A stretch of 64,000 bases of DNA from the human T2T-CHM13v2.0 reference genome, Homo sapiens. The first letter of the stretch is position 1, and each line of letters starts with the position of its first letter. Where the stretch lies: NCBI RefSeq assembly GCF_009914755.1, contig NC_060932.1; one strand, 5' to 3'. The position numbers were made by a program, and so were the translations under genes. The notes under the pieces are model-generated. The model saw only the letters and a list, made by a program, of their open reading frames with translations. It was not told the DNA's origin and made no database searches. Shown piece after piece: positions 14,126 to 29,976 of this stretch.

Positions 14126-15219
14126 ATTTGGCAGTTATTGCTGTTATGCACAGAAAAATTGGAGGGGGTTGGCTGTCATAATATTGAAACTGGTTGGATA
14201 TAGAGAATGCATGAAAAATAAAGTTTAGAAGATTTGATATTTGAGATTTGGGCATCAAATTGAATTTGAATCTACTGGGACTATTAGGTCTTACAGTATA
14301 CCAGCAGAATTTTTGGAAGAAGTGAAAAAGCATATGCAGATATGTAAAAGTCTTTCTTCTTGAAGGAAAGGTTCATAATGATCTTTATGATTTAACTGAG
14401 AATATTAATGTCATAGTTAAAAACCAAGCATTTGAAGAAGTCATAATATGATAACTTCTTGAGACAGAAAATAATAAATTTAGATAAGATGTGTTAAATT
14501 CCAGATGATTGAGAGTCTTATTAAGGACTCGGCCCGCCCACCCTCTACAAATATGAAAATATCTAACAGAATTTGAAAATATAAGAATACATGAAAGGCA
14601 AATTATTAGGGTATTATTAGAACTCAGTAGGTGATTTTATGTGTGTTTGTATAAGAAAAACCTTGGATGAAATGACTTGAAATTAGAGCAAAAGGGCTTT
14701 AGTAAATTTTATGCTTTGTATAAGCAAATTTCTATTTTATCCAAAGGAAAATTGGATTAAATAATAGAAAACAGTAGTCATACATAAAATAATATATTAT
14801 TAGAGAGGTTTATTTTCTCATACACATTGTTTCCTATGTTCCACATTGATTAAATAAGAAAACATAATTAATAGCAGAATATTTGCTTGAAAATAATAAC
14901 ATAGTAATATTGTTAATATGTTATCACAAAAAGTGTATTGTGAAACCACAGATGTTTGATATGGTTTCAAGCATCGTTTGTTTATTATAATAAGACATTG
15001 TGTTACACTATATTAAGATATTACACTTATTAAAACAAATTCTTTCAATCTATTAATACTACACACTGAGTAAAGAAGGAGGGATTAACTCAAAAGGAGA
15101 CAATTATAAAAAAATCTGAAGATGAAATATAGCTTTCAGAATTTAAAAGAAATAAAGTTGAGTTTTAAATTATCTGGGAAGACCCTATAGTTTCAAGTTA
15201 ATGAAAGTAAAATGGCCTT

Positions 15220-15612
<393 letters not shown>

Positions 15613-16589
15613 TTAGATGTTTGTATAAAATAAACCCATATTTCCTTCTGGAATATGTAAATTCAAATCATTTAAATTAACATTTCCAATCCTCTCTCTA
15701 TTCTATTTTTGTTTTGATGTTTTCTTTAGAAGCGTTTGTGATAGAAATGTGCTTTCCTGTAATCTGCACACCTTAATAAATACTTGTATATTGCTAATGT
15801 ATATACTGCTTATATGAGATTCATATTTTAACAATGGATGTGAAATTTTATAGACTACAGACCTCAAAACCCTGAGCAGAGGCAGTCTGATTGAAAAACT
15901 ACATCAACCCAATATAAGGATTGTGGCTTAGATGACGAAAATGTCTTTATATTATTAATTCAGTCACCTCATTGATTTGTCTACCTGATGACCCGTACCA
16001 AACAGACACACAACAATAAATTTGGTTCACTGAAAGCATTTTAACTAAAATTCGCCAGATGTTGGCAATCACTCATTCTCAATCCACATCTTATCTCACT
16101 GATGAAAGAAGAGAATCCCACAAGCCCTCAGCTATTCATTAACAAGTCAAGCAGCTCTCCATGGAGGCAAGCCCTTCACATGCTCCGTGGCCCTTTCTCT
16201 GATTGTAACATTTGTGCATTTTTCTTTGGCACTAAAAAAAAGAGAATTGGTCCCAGCACTTCTGAACATTTCAGGTGTTTATAAACCACCCAAATGGGGA
16301 CATGGTCGCCACTCCTCTATTCCTATTGGTGTTACTTGTCTTTTCTTTTCTTTTTTTTTTTTGAGACATTTACAATTCCTTCCCTACCCAGCGGGCAACA
16401 TGGAATGACTTCCACTTCCTTAATTCCCACAGCCAGTCCTGCAAATCTCTCAGTCCACCCACCCACTACAGATGCTCAGATGTGTTACCTCTCTTCGATT
16501 CCTTATTACCTTTCACCTGAACTACTGAAAGAGCCTTCTATAAATACTCTCATAAAGCAGTTTTTTCTTGTTTCACTTGATTTTAATTA

Positions 16590-16985
16590 ATTCATAAAGT
16601 TATATGATATATCTGGAATTAATTTTTAAGGCTAGCATAAAGTGGTACTTGAGGTTTACTTTTACATAGGGCTATCAGTTGGTCCAGCACAATTTACTGA
16701 AAAGGCTTTTCCTTCTCTATTGTATTGCTGTGTTATCATTGTAATGAAATGGAAAGACTACATAAGCATGTCTATTTTTACATTCTCTCCCCTCTTCCAT
16801 CAAACTACTTGATTCTTATTTCAGTAGCACAAAGTGTTGACAACTACTAAATTTTGACTACTAAATCTTTATAGTCAGTGTTCAAGACAAGAAGTCCACC
16901 AACTGTTATTTTTCAAAATTGTTTCAACTATTTTAATTTTTTTCCCTGTCCATATAAATTTTAAGATTGGTTTGCAAATTTAATG
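16590..16985 (-). mobile_element. Old L1M ORF2 fragment
   Basis: Reverse ORF2 motifs CAGTTGGTCCAGCACAATTTACTGAAAAG and TCCATATAAATTTTAAGAT. Confidence 0.7.
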
Positions 16986-18126
16986 AGTGCTTATGTAAAT
17001 ACAAACTTATCAAACAGTATACTTTAAATATGCGCAGTTTATTGTACATAATACTGTTTTTTTAAGTGTTGTAGGTTTTCACTTCCAGGAAGATAGAACA
17101 GATGTACTTTTCTCTATTCCTTCAACTAAACAAAATGAGAAATCTTGGGAATTATATATAAAACAAACATAAAAAGATGCTGAAAGGTAGAAAGAAGAAG
17201 GCATACCAGATAGGAAATCTGACACCTGAAGAACAACATGGTAGAGAGTTTTCTGAGTTTTCTTTTTGACTCATATATCTCAGGCTTAGAACTGAAGAAG
17301 CCGGTAACCTGGAAACATCAATGTGCAGAAACAAAAACAGTAAAATAGCAATGAAAATCAGCCGTCTCTAGCCAAATGGCCAGGAAAGGTGCAGCCCTGC
17401 AAGACAGAACATTTTTAAACAATAACCACTCCACTCAAGCGAAATTCTATAGAAAAAATTAAATTAAATTAAAAAGTGCCTCACCTCATCCATATCAGCA
17501 AAGTGTGATTGAAGAGCCTGGACTTTCATTCTTAAAGACTGTAACAAGGTAGTCTAAAACCTGCACAGAGGTGGTCAAGAACAGGCACTTAGAAAAAAAT
17601 GCTTTTCATCCCCACCAGAAACTGATAAGGATCCCCTAGAATCCCTGATGAAGTGGTGTCAGAGAAGGGCTAGTGGAGACCCAGGATTATGACTGTGTAG
17701 CTGTGGTGTCACAAGGGGCCATGTGAGAATGGAAATGAGACACTAATGAGTTACTAAACCGCTTCCCGCCAGTGGGGAATAAGTGGAAGCTTATTGGGGA
17801 GCCAAAACTTCCCTGTCTGCCCACCAGTAATGAGAAGCACACTACCTCAGGCCTTAATGGATGCCAAGTGTGGAACCTGGATTTCTACCCAACCTAGCAG
17901 CAAAGGAAGCAGGGACTTCTTTCCTCTACTGGAGAGGTGTCTGAAGAAGCAAGCCAAACAGAAAGTTTAAATAAGATCTAGGATCTCATAACATAAAACC
18001 CCAAATTTCTAGTTTATATTCAAAAACACATATCATACCAAGTATCAGGAAAACATCAAACAGAATGAAAAGAAAGGAAGTCAATACATGCCAACACCCA
18101 GGTGACAGAGACGTCAAGAGTACTAA

Positions 18127-18454
<328 letters not shown>

Positions 18455-18494
18455 TGAAAAGGACTTTAAAGTAGCATCATAAAAATGCTTAAGT

Positions 18495-18760
18495 GGGTTC
18501 AAACATACAGTTAGATAAAATGAGTAAAATCTAGTATTTGATAGTACAACAGGATGACTGCGTCAACAATAATTTATTGTACATTTTAAAATAACTAAAA
18601 GAGTATAATTGGATAATAACACAAAGGATAAATGCTTGAGGTGATGGATACTCCACTTACGATGATGTGATTATTAGGCAATGTATGCCCATATCAAAAT
18701 ATCTCATGTACCCCATAAATATATACACCTGCTATGTACCCATAAAAATTAAATATAATT
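18495..18760 (+). mobile_element. L1MA (L1MA2/3-like) 3' end
   Basis: GTCAACAATAATTTATTGTACATTTTAAAATAACTAAAAGAG...GAGGTGATGGATAC...CATGTACCCCATAAATATATACACC. Confidence 0.85.
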
Positions 18761-18907
18761 TAAAATATATATTATTGAACAACCAATTACATAGATGCTT
18801 AAAACAAGTAAAGCAATAGAAAGTCTCAGCAAAGAAACAGAAAATATACAAAAGAACCAAAAGGAAATTTCAGAGCTGAAAAATATGATTGAAATTTAGA
18901 AAGCTTT

Positions 18908-19385
<478 letters not shown>

Positions 19386-20767
19386 TTAAACAGATTTTGC
19401 ATTTTCAATTTATGCATAATATAATTTGCTGCTACTATTTGAAAATTGTAGCGAGTGAATTTTTTACTTTAGAATTAACGTATTGTCCTATTGAAATATA
19501 TTAAGGAACTGAACAATCAAATGAAGTATATGGAAAGATGAGTCTTTTGCTGAATATATGTATTTGTCAAATAAAATGTATCAAGTGATTTATTTTCTGA
19601 ATAAAAATGCATAAATTCATAATTATCATTAAGAAAACACGGCCTTATGATTCAAACAATGTACACATCTGTAGTAGCAAGTTTGGGAAGCTTTTTGTAG
19701 TAGCCAGTAGGTATAGAGCCTATTTCATTAGTGAGTAAAGTGAATTTATTTTAATGAGAAAAACGACATAAACACAAAATATATGTGGCCACTGTTTCAA
19801 TCTTTGAAGGCATCCTGAAATGTTTAATTAAGGATATCTATGGCCTCAGAAGTTCAAATCATGAGTAAATGGAAAATTTTTTTCTCTGACCAATTAAATT
19901 TCACTTAATGCAGCCATCAATAGCTACTATTCTCATTCTATCAAATATAATATATACCAAATAGAAGAGTCAAAATGTAACAAAAAAGGATTCAATTATG
20001 TGCTTGTTGTACAAACAGATACTTGTGGAAAACAATCTATGTGTCCCTTCGTTCCAGTTAAACCTCATTACCAGTGTTTTCGCCTCAGGAAGAAATATCC
20101 CAAAAGAGAAACCCTAAATTACTGCATTTAATAGGAAAGAGCTATAAGAGTATGCACTGGTGCAGGGGCTTACTCATGACAATTTCTGCCAAGAAATGAG
20201 CAACCAGGTATGGGGTGCACATTTAGAATCCGGTGTGCTTATTGTCATAATATTCTACTTAGCCACAAATTGCCAGTGAATGATGCTCAAGTGTCTTCTT
20301 GCAATGCTCAATGAAGCCAAGCAAGTCAGGGAAACTACTTCTCCAGTTGGATGATAAAGAAGCAATTAAATTTTTGGAAGATTGCTGTGAAATTTTTCTG
20401 GCAATGATATATTCCTGAAATGTCTGTAGAAATGTCTGTAAATCACATTTTAGAAAATAACTTCCAACTTTAAATAATGCAGCAATCCAATATTTAAAAT
20501 TATTCAGAAGAAAGTACAATTTAAAGTTTTAAAAATATGTTAGAAGGTAAGACCCCAATAATCTGTTTTCCAACTTCAGTTTTAATTAAATAATATGGTT
20601 TAAAGCAGGACACACCTATGATGGAAATTCCGAAAGTAGGAATTATAAATTTCAACTTCTAATTGTCATTTTCCTTTTTGGCTTAGAAACTTGATTAAAT
20701 CTATGAGGTATAAATAAAACTGAGTGCAATATAATATGCTGAGAAAATTGCCTAAATCTTACACAAA

Positions 20768-21450
20768 CTTTTTATTGAAGTAACATTCACATATAAGTTA
20801 GCCACGTTAAAGTGAAGAATTCAGCAATATTTAGTACATTCACAATGATGTACAACCTCATCTATCTAGTCCCAAAACATTTCCATCACTCCAAAATAAA
20901 ATCCCATACCCATTTAGCAGTTACTTTGCAATTTCTTCTCCCCCACCAGCACCTGACAACCACCAATCTGCTTTCTTTTACTATGGATTTACCTATTCTG
21001 GATATTTCATATAAAGGGAATCACAGAATATGAGACCTTTTGTGTCTATCTTCTTTCATTTGGAATATAGTTTTCCAGGTTCATCCATGCTGTAGCATGT
21101 GTCAGTACTTTATTTTTATGGCTGAAGGATATTTTATTCTATGTATGTACCACAATTTGTTGATCCATTCTTCTGTCAATGGACATTTGTACTCTTTCTG
21201 CTTTCTAGCTATTGTGAATAGTGTTGTTATGAACATTTGTTTACAAGCTTTTGTTCGAGTAGCTGTTTTCAATTCTTTCACGGTATATGCTTAGCTGTGG
21301 AACTGCTGGGTCATATGATAATCCTGTGTTTTACTTTTGAGAAACTGCCAAACTGTTTTTCATAGCAGCAGAACAATTTTACATTCCCACCAGAAATGCA
21401 CAAGGGTTCCAATAGCTTCCTACTTCACCATTTGTTTTGTCTGAATTATA
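20768..21450 (-). mobile_element. L1MB/L1ME 3' fragment
   Basis: TTTAGTACATTCACAATGATGTACAACC...ATGGATTTACCTATTCTGGATATTTCATATAA...ACTGCCAAACTGTTTT...TTTACATTCCCACCAG. Confidence 0.85.
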
Positions 21451-23949
21451 AACACTTTTTTTTTGCTCTTTGAAATCAACAATGTGTATTTAAGAAATAA
21501 AATTATAGAAAGCTTGTTATTGTTGGTCATGCCAAAAAGTAATCTAAAATATTTCTACACATATTGATATTTGTTCTTTCTTAGAATAGTTAAATATTTT
21601 TTAAAAAGAAATAATATTATTTGTGAATGAACATGGGACAATGCCAGAGTATATATTCTCCAACCTTCACAATTATCTACAAGGAGTGGTTTATGATGCT
21701 TTTTCACACTCAAGCATAATGGTGAAATGTAGAAATGATTTAATTAAAGAGAATGCCTCCATTCTGCTAAACACTAAAGTAAAAAAACAAATTGCCAAAG
21801 TCAGTGTTGCCTTTCAAGATCATTCCTTGAGAAGAGGTTTGAAATTAATCAGTGTTATACATATCAGTGGCCACCTCCATCATGTTCTACATCTTGGATT
21901 TCAAGGTTTTTTTTGCGACATGTTGAGCACCATCATCCTCCATGCCCTTGCCATCATAGGGAAATAGAAAACATGAAATTATATGAGCAAAGATGATCAT
22001 AGACGTATAACGATGAGAATTTCAGATTCGGAAATATAAATGATAAGAAACATCAAAGTGGAAAAATAATCTTGCTTGAAGCTGCCAAAGTGGACTTTTA
22101 GCTTGGTACTTCCCAGGATCCTGACCTATGGAAAGTCCTCTTACCTATACAGGTTTCAGTGTATTAGGAATCTTCTTAGGAGCTGGATTCATGTGCCACA
22201 GAAAGAATGCTATATATCCTATTAATTCTTTCTGATTACAGCTTTATTTAGACCCCATTTCCAACCTCACACAGTAATCCCACAAAAGAATTGATGGGGT
22301 GAAGGTTGCATTTGAAAGGATGTTTAGCTATAAAAAGATGATATATTGCACTTGGAAAGAAACATTGGCATTATGCCACATGGGTCAAGAAGCTATATAA
22401 AATATGTGAAATATGTTAATCTCCAATTAGACTATATAAGAAATTCTGTAATTTTATTCATTATGACATTGACGATAACTCTATCTGATAAAACAAAATC
22501 TGTTGAATGCTTCTGTCATCTTCTACACTTCTGTCTACCTCTCAAAATGGCCTCTTTGGAATCCAGGATACTTTTCGAGGAATATTCAATATGCTTTTAG
22601 GCATATGCCATACTCAATCTCCCCTTTAAGCCTTTCACACACTCTAAACTAAGAAGTCCAGGATTCCCTGAAATAAGAGGTTCCCTATTCACCTTTTCCC
22701 TCGGTTAGAAACATGGTTTTATTAAAGTGGAAGGAGGTTGTAGTGAAGTGGAGAAGGCATTACAAGAAGGACCTTTAGGAAACTTGACACTGCCGAGTCA
22801 GCAGTTTTCACCTTCCTCATATTTTTCTTAGGGCTTTCCATAGCTGGAAGGTGTTTAGAGATAACCTGTTTCTGCATCCATTCTCAGGATGGTATGTACC
22901 AAAACATCTAAGAGAAGAGCAACATTTTCTACCAGTAAGTCCTCTCCAAAACAGTTCTGGGAGGTTACCCAGCACTTGGCTATTTCTACTCTATCCAGTG
23001 AATTCAAGTAAAGAATGTGAATTTGAAAATGTCAAGTAGTCTCCCAAGTCAACTAAAATCTCATCTTGCAAAAAGGTGTGAAAGTTAGTCTTTTAGCATA
23101 GAAACAACATTTTATTCCATTTACTTTGGAATTTACTTCTCTAGATAGATGGCAATGTGACTATAATCAAACAATAAACACAGCATATCAAAAGTCCATT
23201 TGAAATTTCACTCATAAAAATTTGAATTCAATTCACCTCTGCTATTTACAAAACTAAACCCCTTTTAATGTTTTCCAAATGACCGCAACAAGGGAAAACA
23301 TACATACACGATCACAAAGTATTTCGAAAGCAACATGTCATCAAGGGTTGTATGAATTTTACTTACTCTTTAAAATCAGATATTTATGGGAAAATGAAAT
23401 ATGATATTTATTGGCCTATAATGTTTTATCAACTCATTTTGCATCATCTGTTTTGTTTGTTTTTCTATTGGTAGAGTAGGCAAATGCCACTACTAACTTC
23501 TGGTGGAATGTAGGTGACTGCAAGGCCTATTGCCACAGTATTTTGAAAATTTATTTTGAAAAATAGCACTGATAAAGCCTCTTTCAGGCAATTTTTTGAT
23601 GTCAATGCCCGAACGTAAACAGCCACAAACTATATAGATACTCAGAGCACGCACATGGGTAAAACAACACCAAGGGGACTATATATCTACTTAAATTAAT
23701 ATGTCATTAACTTAGTCAGAAAGACCTTTAAACAAATGAATAAATTATTTCCCAAGGTAGTGAGTTCTCCAAAAGTCCCTGGAAATTAAAGTGTAGAGAT
23801 TTTATTACCAACGTCCCAGACATTTTACACTGAGATATTGAACTATGAGATCTTTAAGGTCTCCAGCAACTCCAAGAGTTGATGACTGTGGAAGTACATT
23901 AAGATTAATGATTCAGGATACTAGAAATACAATTTTTACTGTTTAATTT

Positions 23950-24960
23950 TTCACCACCACTCTTAATCACATGAAAGCTGGCTTTCATCCATTTAGGTAT
24001 ACTGAAGCTGTTCTCTTGGCTGACACCAAAGATTTTGTTTAAAATTCAGTCGTTATTTCGCTACTCCATCCTCCTTGACCTTTCTGCTGTGTTGGTTACT
24101 ACTGATCATCCATCCTTCTTGAAACCCACTTCCCCTAGACATCCCCATTAATATACTGTCCTTGTTCTCCTTCAGTCTTCAATGACTCCTTCCAGATTTC
24201 CTTTATCATTTCATCTTCTTATGCTGCTCTCAGTGGTGAAGCCCACTCATGTGCTCACCTTATATTAAATCTTTTCGTCATTCACTCACAAAATTCCTAC
24301 TATGCCGATGGACTGTTGAATTTTAAAACTTTTAGCCCTGCCCTAATTCACTATATGTTTTTGGGTTCTTTGTTTTTGTTTTTGTTTTGAGACAGAGTCT
24401 CACTCTGTCACCTAGACTGGAGTGCAGTGGTGCAATCTTGGCTCACTGCAACCTCCGCCTCCCGGGTTCAAGAGATTCGCCCTGCCTCAGCCTCCCTAGT
24501 AGCTGGGATTACAGGCACTGCCACCATTCCTGGCTAATTTTTGTATTTTTAGTGAAGATGGGGTTTTGCCATGTTGGCCAGGCTGGTCTCAAACTCCAAA
24601 CCTCAGGTGATCTGCCCACCTCGACCTCCCAAAGTGATGGGATTACAGGTGTGAGCCACCACACCCAGCCCACCATATGAGATTTAATCATGTATTTTCA
24701 ACATCTTACTAAAAGATTCTACCAGGTTAGTCTGCCATAACCTCAAATTTTACCTATCCCCAATTAATCATTAATCAAGTCACTTCTTTTTTTTTTAATT
24801 TCCTTTTCTGACAGGGGCACTACCACCTATCCAGCAACACCTGGAATAGTTTTTGTCTCAGGTTCCCTCATGCCCTTTCGTGACAACTTTTTGTACTTAG
24901 CCTCTTGAATATTTCCCTTCCTTTTCATTTCCCACTTCCACAATCTTATTCAGACCATTG
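23950..24960 (+). mobile_element. L2 ORF2 remnant split by an Alu
   Basis: CTGGCTTTCATCC...CATCCTCCTTGACCTTTCTGCTG...CCTTCTTGAAAC; continues GGCACTACCACCTATCCAG. Confidence 0.6.
24358..24670 (-). mobile_element. AluS
   Basis: Reverse Alu; TSD CAC(T/C)ATATG at 24349 and 24671. Confidence 0.95.
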
Positions 24961-25699
24961 TTGCTTAGCAAAGCATCTACGTTTACTTTCCATTTCACAG
25001 CTAAGAGAATTTGTTCCTTTCCTGCAGGCCACACTTTATGCTTTTAAAAATCGGTCTTGGTCTGAGACAGAAGATATCTAAGACCCTAACCAAACTCTAC
25101 TCAGAGATTATGTATATTGCATTATCTTGGATATAACTGTGCACGGTTGATGACTTAGAGCCAGATCAAAGAGGATAATGCTGATGAAGGAGATTCAGTC
25201 TGACTGTTGAGATGGACTTTAAAATGTGTGGCACACTGCAGTATTAGACAGGCAGTGGATCGGGGGTTGGGCATGGGCAATATAAATGGAGATAAGATCA
25301 AATACATGTAGCTCAAAGACTCCAAATCAGGGAGGCTGAGCACCAGGTAATGATCCCATCAGCAAAACTGTGATGTAGAACAAAATTCCAAAACCTTGGT
25401 GGGAGAAAGATGAGCACAAGTCCAAATCACAATGCTGGGAAGGGGCAGCAGTGGATGTGTAGTTACCAGCAAAAGAAACGTAATTTTTAAAAGGAAGAAA
25501 AACAACTTCATGACAAAAGTGGGATAAAAAAAAAGACAATATTTTGTTTTTTAAAAAAAGAAAAAGAAAAACAAAAAACAGAGATAAAAGGAAGGATTAA
25601 GGCTTGGGGAAGGAGCAGAAACCCAGTTTTTAGAACAAAGGTAAAGAGGCTATAGTAGAGATTGATGGTGTGCCAGTGACTATTGGTTTGCAGAGGATA

Positions 25700-25950
25700 A
25701 TAGCTAGTATTAATTAGACATTTACTCTATGCTAAATACTATATGTACATTAGCTCATTTCATTTCTCACCACAACCCTATGCATTAGATACTATTCCTA
25801 TTCCTAGTAAGAGGTGATTAAATGAAGCCCAGAGTGTTTCAGGTACTTTGTTCAAAGTCAAAAAGCTTATAAGTGGGCAGATGGTAAACTGGGACTATGG
25901 TCTTTCTGATTCCAAAGCCTATTCCCTTAATGACCAAGCTATGCCTGCCA
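25700..25950 (-). mobile_element. MIR SINE
   Basis: CATTAGCTCATTTCATTTCTCACCACAACCCTATG...GGTCTTTCTGATTCCAAAGCC. Confidence 0.7.
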
Positions 25951-26285
25951 AAAATCTTCTCCCACAGGCAGGATTTTTTTGTGGGCATGGGGGTGGGGTG
26001 GTCCTGATAGATAAATGAAAGTAAGGTATCACATGGCCTTACCATTGGGCAGAGAGAGGAGACTGGGTTTCAGAATTTGCTTAGCCTTGTTTCTCATCGC
26101 TCATCAACTTAGAATTCTAAGCCTGTGTCCTAAGAGAAATAATCCACACATCAGGGAAGTATGTAGTGTATTCTTAAGTCTTGTCAAGGCAGAAGTAATC
26201 AGAACAGAACCATGTCAGCCCAATACTTAGTTAGCAACTTAGCTTGCCTGGTTCAAAGATCTTCTATGAATTCCCATTGAGTCAA

Positions 26286-26934
26286 CGTCTTACTCAGTTT
26301 GGGCTGCTATAACAAAATTCCGGGCCAGGCGCAGTGACTCAGGCCTGTAATCCCAGCACTTTGGGAAGCCGAGGTGGGCAGATCACTTGAGGCCAGGAGC
26401 TCAAGACCAGCCTTGACATCATGGCGAAACCCCGTCTCTACTAAAAAACATACAAAAATTAGCCAGGCATGGTGGCACGCACCTGTGGTCTCAGGTACTC
26501 AGGAGTAGGAAGCACGAGAATCGCTTGAACCCAGGAGGCGAAGATTGTGGTGAGCTGAGATCGCACCACCGCACTCCAGCCTGGGAGACAGAGCGAAACT
26601 GTCAAAAACAAACAAACCAACCATAAATTGGGTAGTTTACATAAAACAGAAATTTATTTCTCAGAGTTCTCACGCTAGGAAGTCCAAGATCAAGGTGCTG
26701 GCAGATTTGGTGTCGGTGAGAACCTGCTTCCTCATAGATAACCATCTTCTCACTTTAACCTCATGTGGAGAAAGGGCAAAGGATCTCCCTTGAGTTTCTT
26801 TTTAAAAAGTACTCACCTCATTCATGAGGGTAGAGCTTATTACTTCCCATAGCCCTCACCTCCTAGTACCATCACCTTGGGGCTAGGATTTTAACATATA
26901 AATTTGGGGGGAGACGTAAATTCAGTTCATTGCA
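26286..26934 (-). mobile_element. MaLR solo LTR (MLT1A/MSTD-like) with an Alu insert
   Basis: GGGCTGCTATAACAAAAT...GGAAGTCCAAGATCAAGGTGCTGGCAGATTTGG...TTCAGTTCATTGCA; flanks GTCAA/GGCAA. Confidence 0.85.
26323..26622 (+). mobile_element. AluS/J inside MaLR LTR
   Basis: GGCCAGGCGCAGTG start, (CAAA)n tail. Confidence 0.95.
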
Positions 26935-27039
26935 GGCAAGAACTTGAAGTTGAATGTTATACCTGGGCTAGGTCTTTCAGGTGTAAAGTGGAGTGGCTAG
27001 TAATTGAAAGAGAAACTCTCTTTGCAGTTATGTTAAATT

Positions 27040-27243
27040 TTTCATCAAACAGTATTTGAGCAACTACTATGAGCAGGGCTCTGGGTGACATAGATGATGA
27101 TGATACTACTCTCCACTAACGGACAGACATGAGCATATACATTGCAACAAAGTGTGGTAGATATAAGTAATGGATTGCAAAATTAAGTAGGAAGGCACAG
27201 GGAGAATTATCTAACCAAGCCTGAGTGGGTAGAGGAAGCAAGA
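27040..27243 (-). mobile_element. L2 fragment (left part; resumes at 32294)
   Basis: CATCAAACAGTATTTGAGCAACTACTATG...GGCACAGGGAG...GGGTAGAGGAAG. Confidence 0.55.
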
Positions 27244-27388
27244 TATTCCAGCTATTATTGCTGTGTAACAAACCATCACCAACTCAGTGGCATTAAACAC
27301 AGTACCATTGAATTATACTCATGGCTTTTGTGGGTCAGGAATTTGGATAGTGCGTAGTAGGGATTTCTTGATTTTTGTTTCATGGTAT

Positions 27389-28192
27389 TGAAACGGGAAA
27401 CGTTCCCTTATCCCCATCACAGGGCATGCGATGGGGGTGTGGCTCACTTCTTCAGTGTCCCACTGCTCAAATCTCTTGGGCAAGCATGCAAACGGGCAGG
27501 TTGTAGGGCTCTGACCCCACAGCAGTGTCTGGGGTTGAATGATTAAAGCTGAAGCCCCAGTGGGCATGTGCTACAGCCTGCTTTCAGTTTAGCCATCTGC
27601 AGGCGGCTTGTGTTAGTCATCTCAATTAGATCCCCTGCCTTATCACAAGGACAGAGGGCTTTCTGTATCCCAGGGTTTCTTGCCTTGGTGTACCGGAAGA
27701 ATCAGGTCACATGTGGGCTTGGAGAATGAGTGCAATGTTTTACTCAGTGGAAGTAGCTCTCAGCAGATGGGGGAGCCAGAAGGGAGATGGAGTGGGAAGG
27801 TGATTTTCCCCTGGAGTCGGGCCTCTCAGGGCCAGGCTCCCCTCTAACCGCCCCAGCCAAACTCCATGTTGATGGCCTTGTGCTCTTACACCAGTGCATT
27901 CTTCTGGACATCCAGCCACTTGTGTTTTCTTCCACCGATGTCTTCCTCTCAACATCCAGCTGCTTGTGTCTCTGCCTGCTAGGCTCTCGGGGTTTTTATA
28001 GGATTTTACAGGCACAGGATGGGGGCATGGCAGGCCAGGGTGGTCTCAGGAAATGCAACATTTGGGCATGAATACAGAAATGCCTGTGTTCAGGCATTTC
28101 TAGATCCATGGGCACAGACTCCAGAGGTGGAGCCCTAGCCAGAGATCACACCCTTCCCTTCCCAGCACTTACTCCGCCCCATTCTCGTATCA
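27389..28192 (-). mobile_element. ERV1 solo LTR1
   Basis: Minus strand starts TGATACG..GTGCTGGGAAGGGAAGGG..GGCTAGGGCTCCACC and ends CCCGTTTCA; perfect 4-bp TSD GTAT. Confidence 0.85.
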
Positions 28193-28516
28193 GTATCTTG
28201 TGCATGGTCTAGGAAGGTTTGAAAGATTGAGGATTAGAATCATCTAAGGCTTTGTTCCTTACATATCTAGCACATAGCTTAAGATTACTTGAAGGCTGGG
28301 CTCAATTGTGACTGTTGATTAGAGCACCTGTATTTGGCCTGAACTTTTCACGGAATAGTTTCAGGGTTGTAAGAGGGAATGTTCCTATAAAGAACCTCTC
28401 AAGAAAGACGATCTCAAGAGGTCCAGGAAGAAGCTGCTTGGACTTTTTGTGACCTCATTTCAGAAGTGAGGTGTCATGCTGTCATTCCACCACTCATTAC
28501 TGAAGCAATCATAAGC

Positions 28517-29219
28517 TGTTACAGTAGGTAGCTAGTCAGGCATGAGCAGGGCAGGAGAGGGCTCTGCCTGACCAAGAATATCAGATGACCATCAGGTGAT
28601 GGTCAGGCAGTTGTTAATCTGTCTTTCTCAAATAATTGTTCTCTATAGACAGAAAAAACCTGAAACTGGTGATCAGTAGTTTCTTGATAAGATCTCAGAA
28701 GTTGGGCAAGTGAGCTCAAGCATGTGAGGCAAAATGGCATTAAGAGGCAAAATGGCAGAGTTTAACTGGTAAATGACCTAGGAGTATTTGGCTGGTAATG
28801 GAAGAATGCCTCAAGTGAGCATGCGTACAACTCCAATAAACACACCATGCATGCTGCCCTCCCAAGCACTAGCAGGCCATTGCACAGGCAGACAGCCCAC
28901 CCCAAGGGAAGAATCAGGGGAGAAGGGATGCAAGACCCCAGAAGCATGCCAACATATAAAACCCCAAGTCAAAGGTCAAACCATGCATTTGTCCTTTAAG
29001 TCGTCCACTTGGCTCTCTTCCAAGTGCACTTTCCTTCTGTTCATTCCTGCTTTAAAGCTTTTAAATAAACTTTCACTCCTGCTCTAAAACTTGCCTCAGC
29101 CTCTCCTTCTGCCTTATGCCCCTCAGTCGAATTCTTTCTTCTGAGGAGGCAAGAATTGAGGTTGCCCCAGACCCACGTGGATTCGCCACCAGTAACTCAG
29201 ATAACTTCCACCATTAACA
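28517..29219 (+). mobile_element. ERV1 solo LTR, MER50-like
   Basis: TGTTACAGTAGGTAGCTAGTCAGGCATGAGCAGGGCAGGAGAGGGC...TATAAAA...AATAAA...TAACA; TSD approximately AAGC. Confidence 0.8.
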
Positions 29220-29235
29220 AGCCCATGTGGATTCA

Positions 29236-29936
<701 letters not shown>

Positions 29937-29976
29937 CTCTGAAAAGACACGTCAAAAACTTTTTAAAGCTGCCACA

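Noticed and set aside
20058-20207. 150-bp segment with acceptor TTCGTTCCAG and donor CAG|GTATGG
   Set aside because: Stops in all three frames and no compositional contrast; such pseudo-exons are common.
21623-21967. 114-aa ORF in unique sequence (similarly 8579-8884 and 35664-35972)
   Set aside because: No recognisable domain or supporting splice structure; lengths are compatible with chance.
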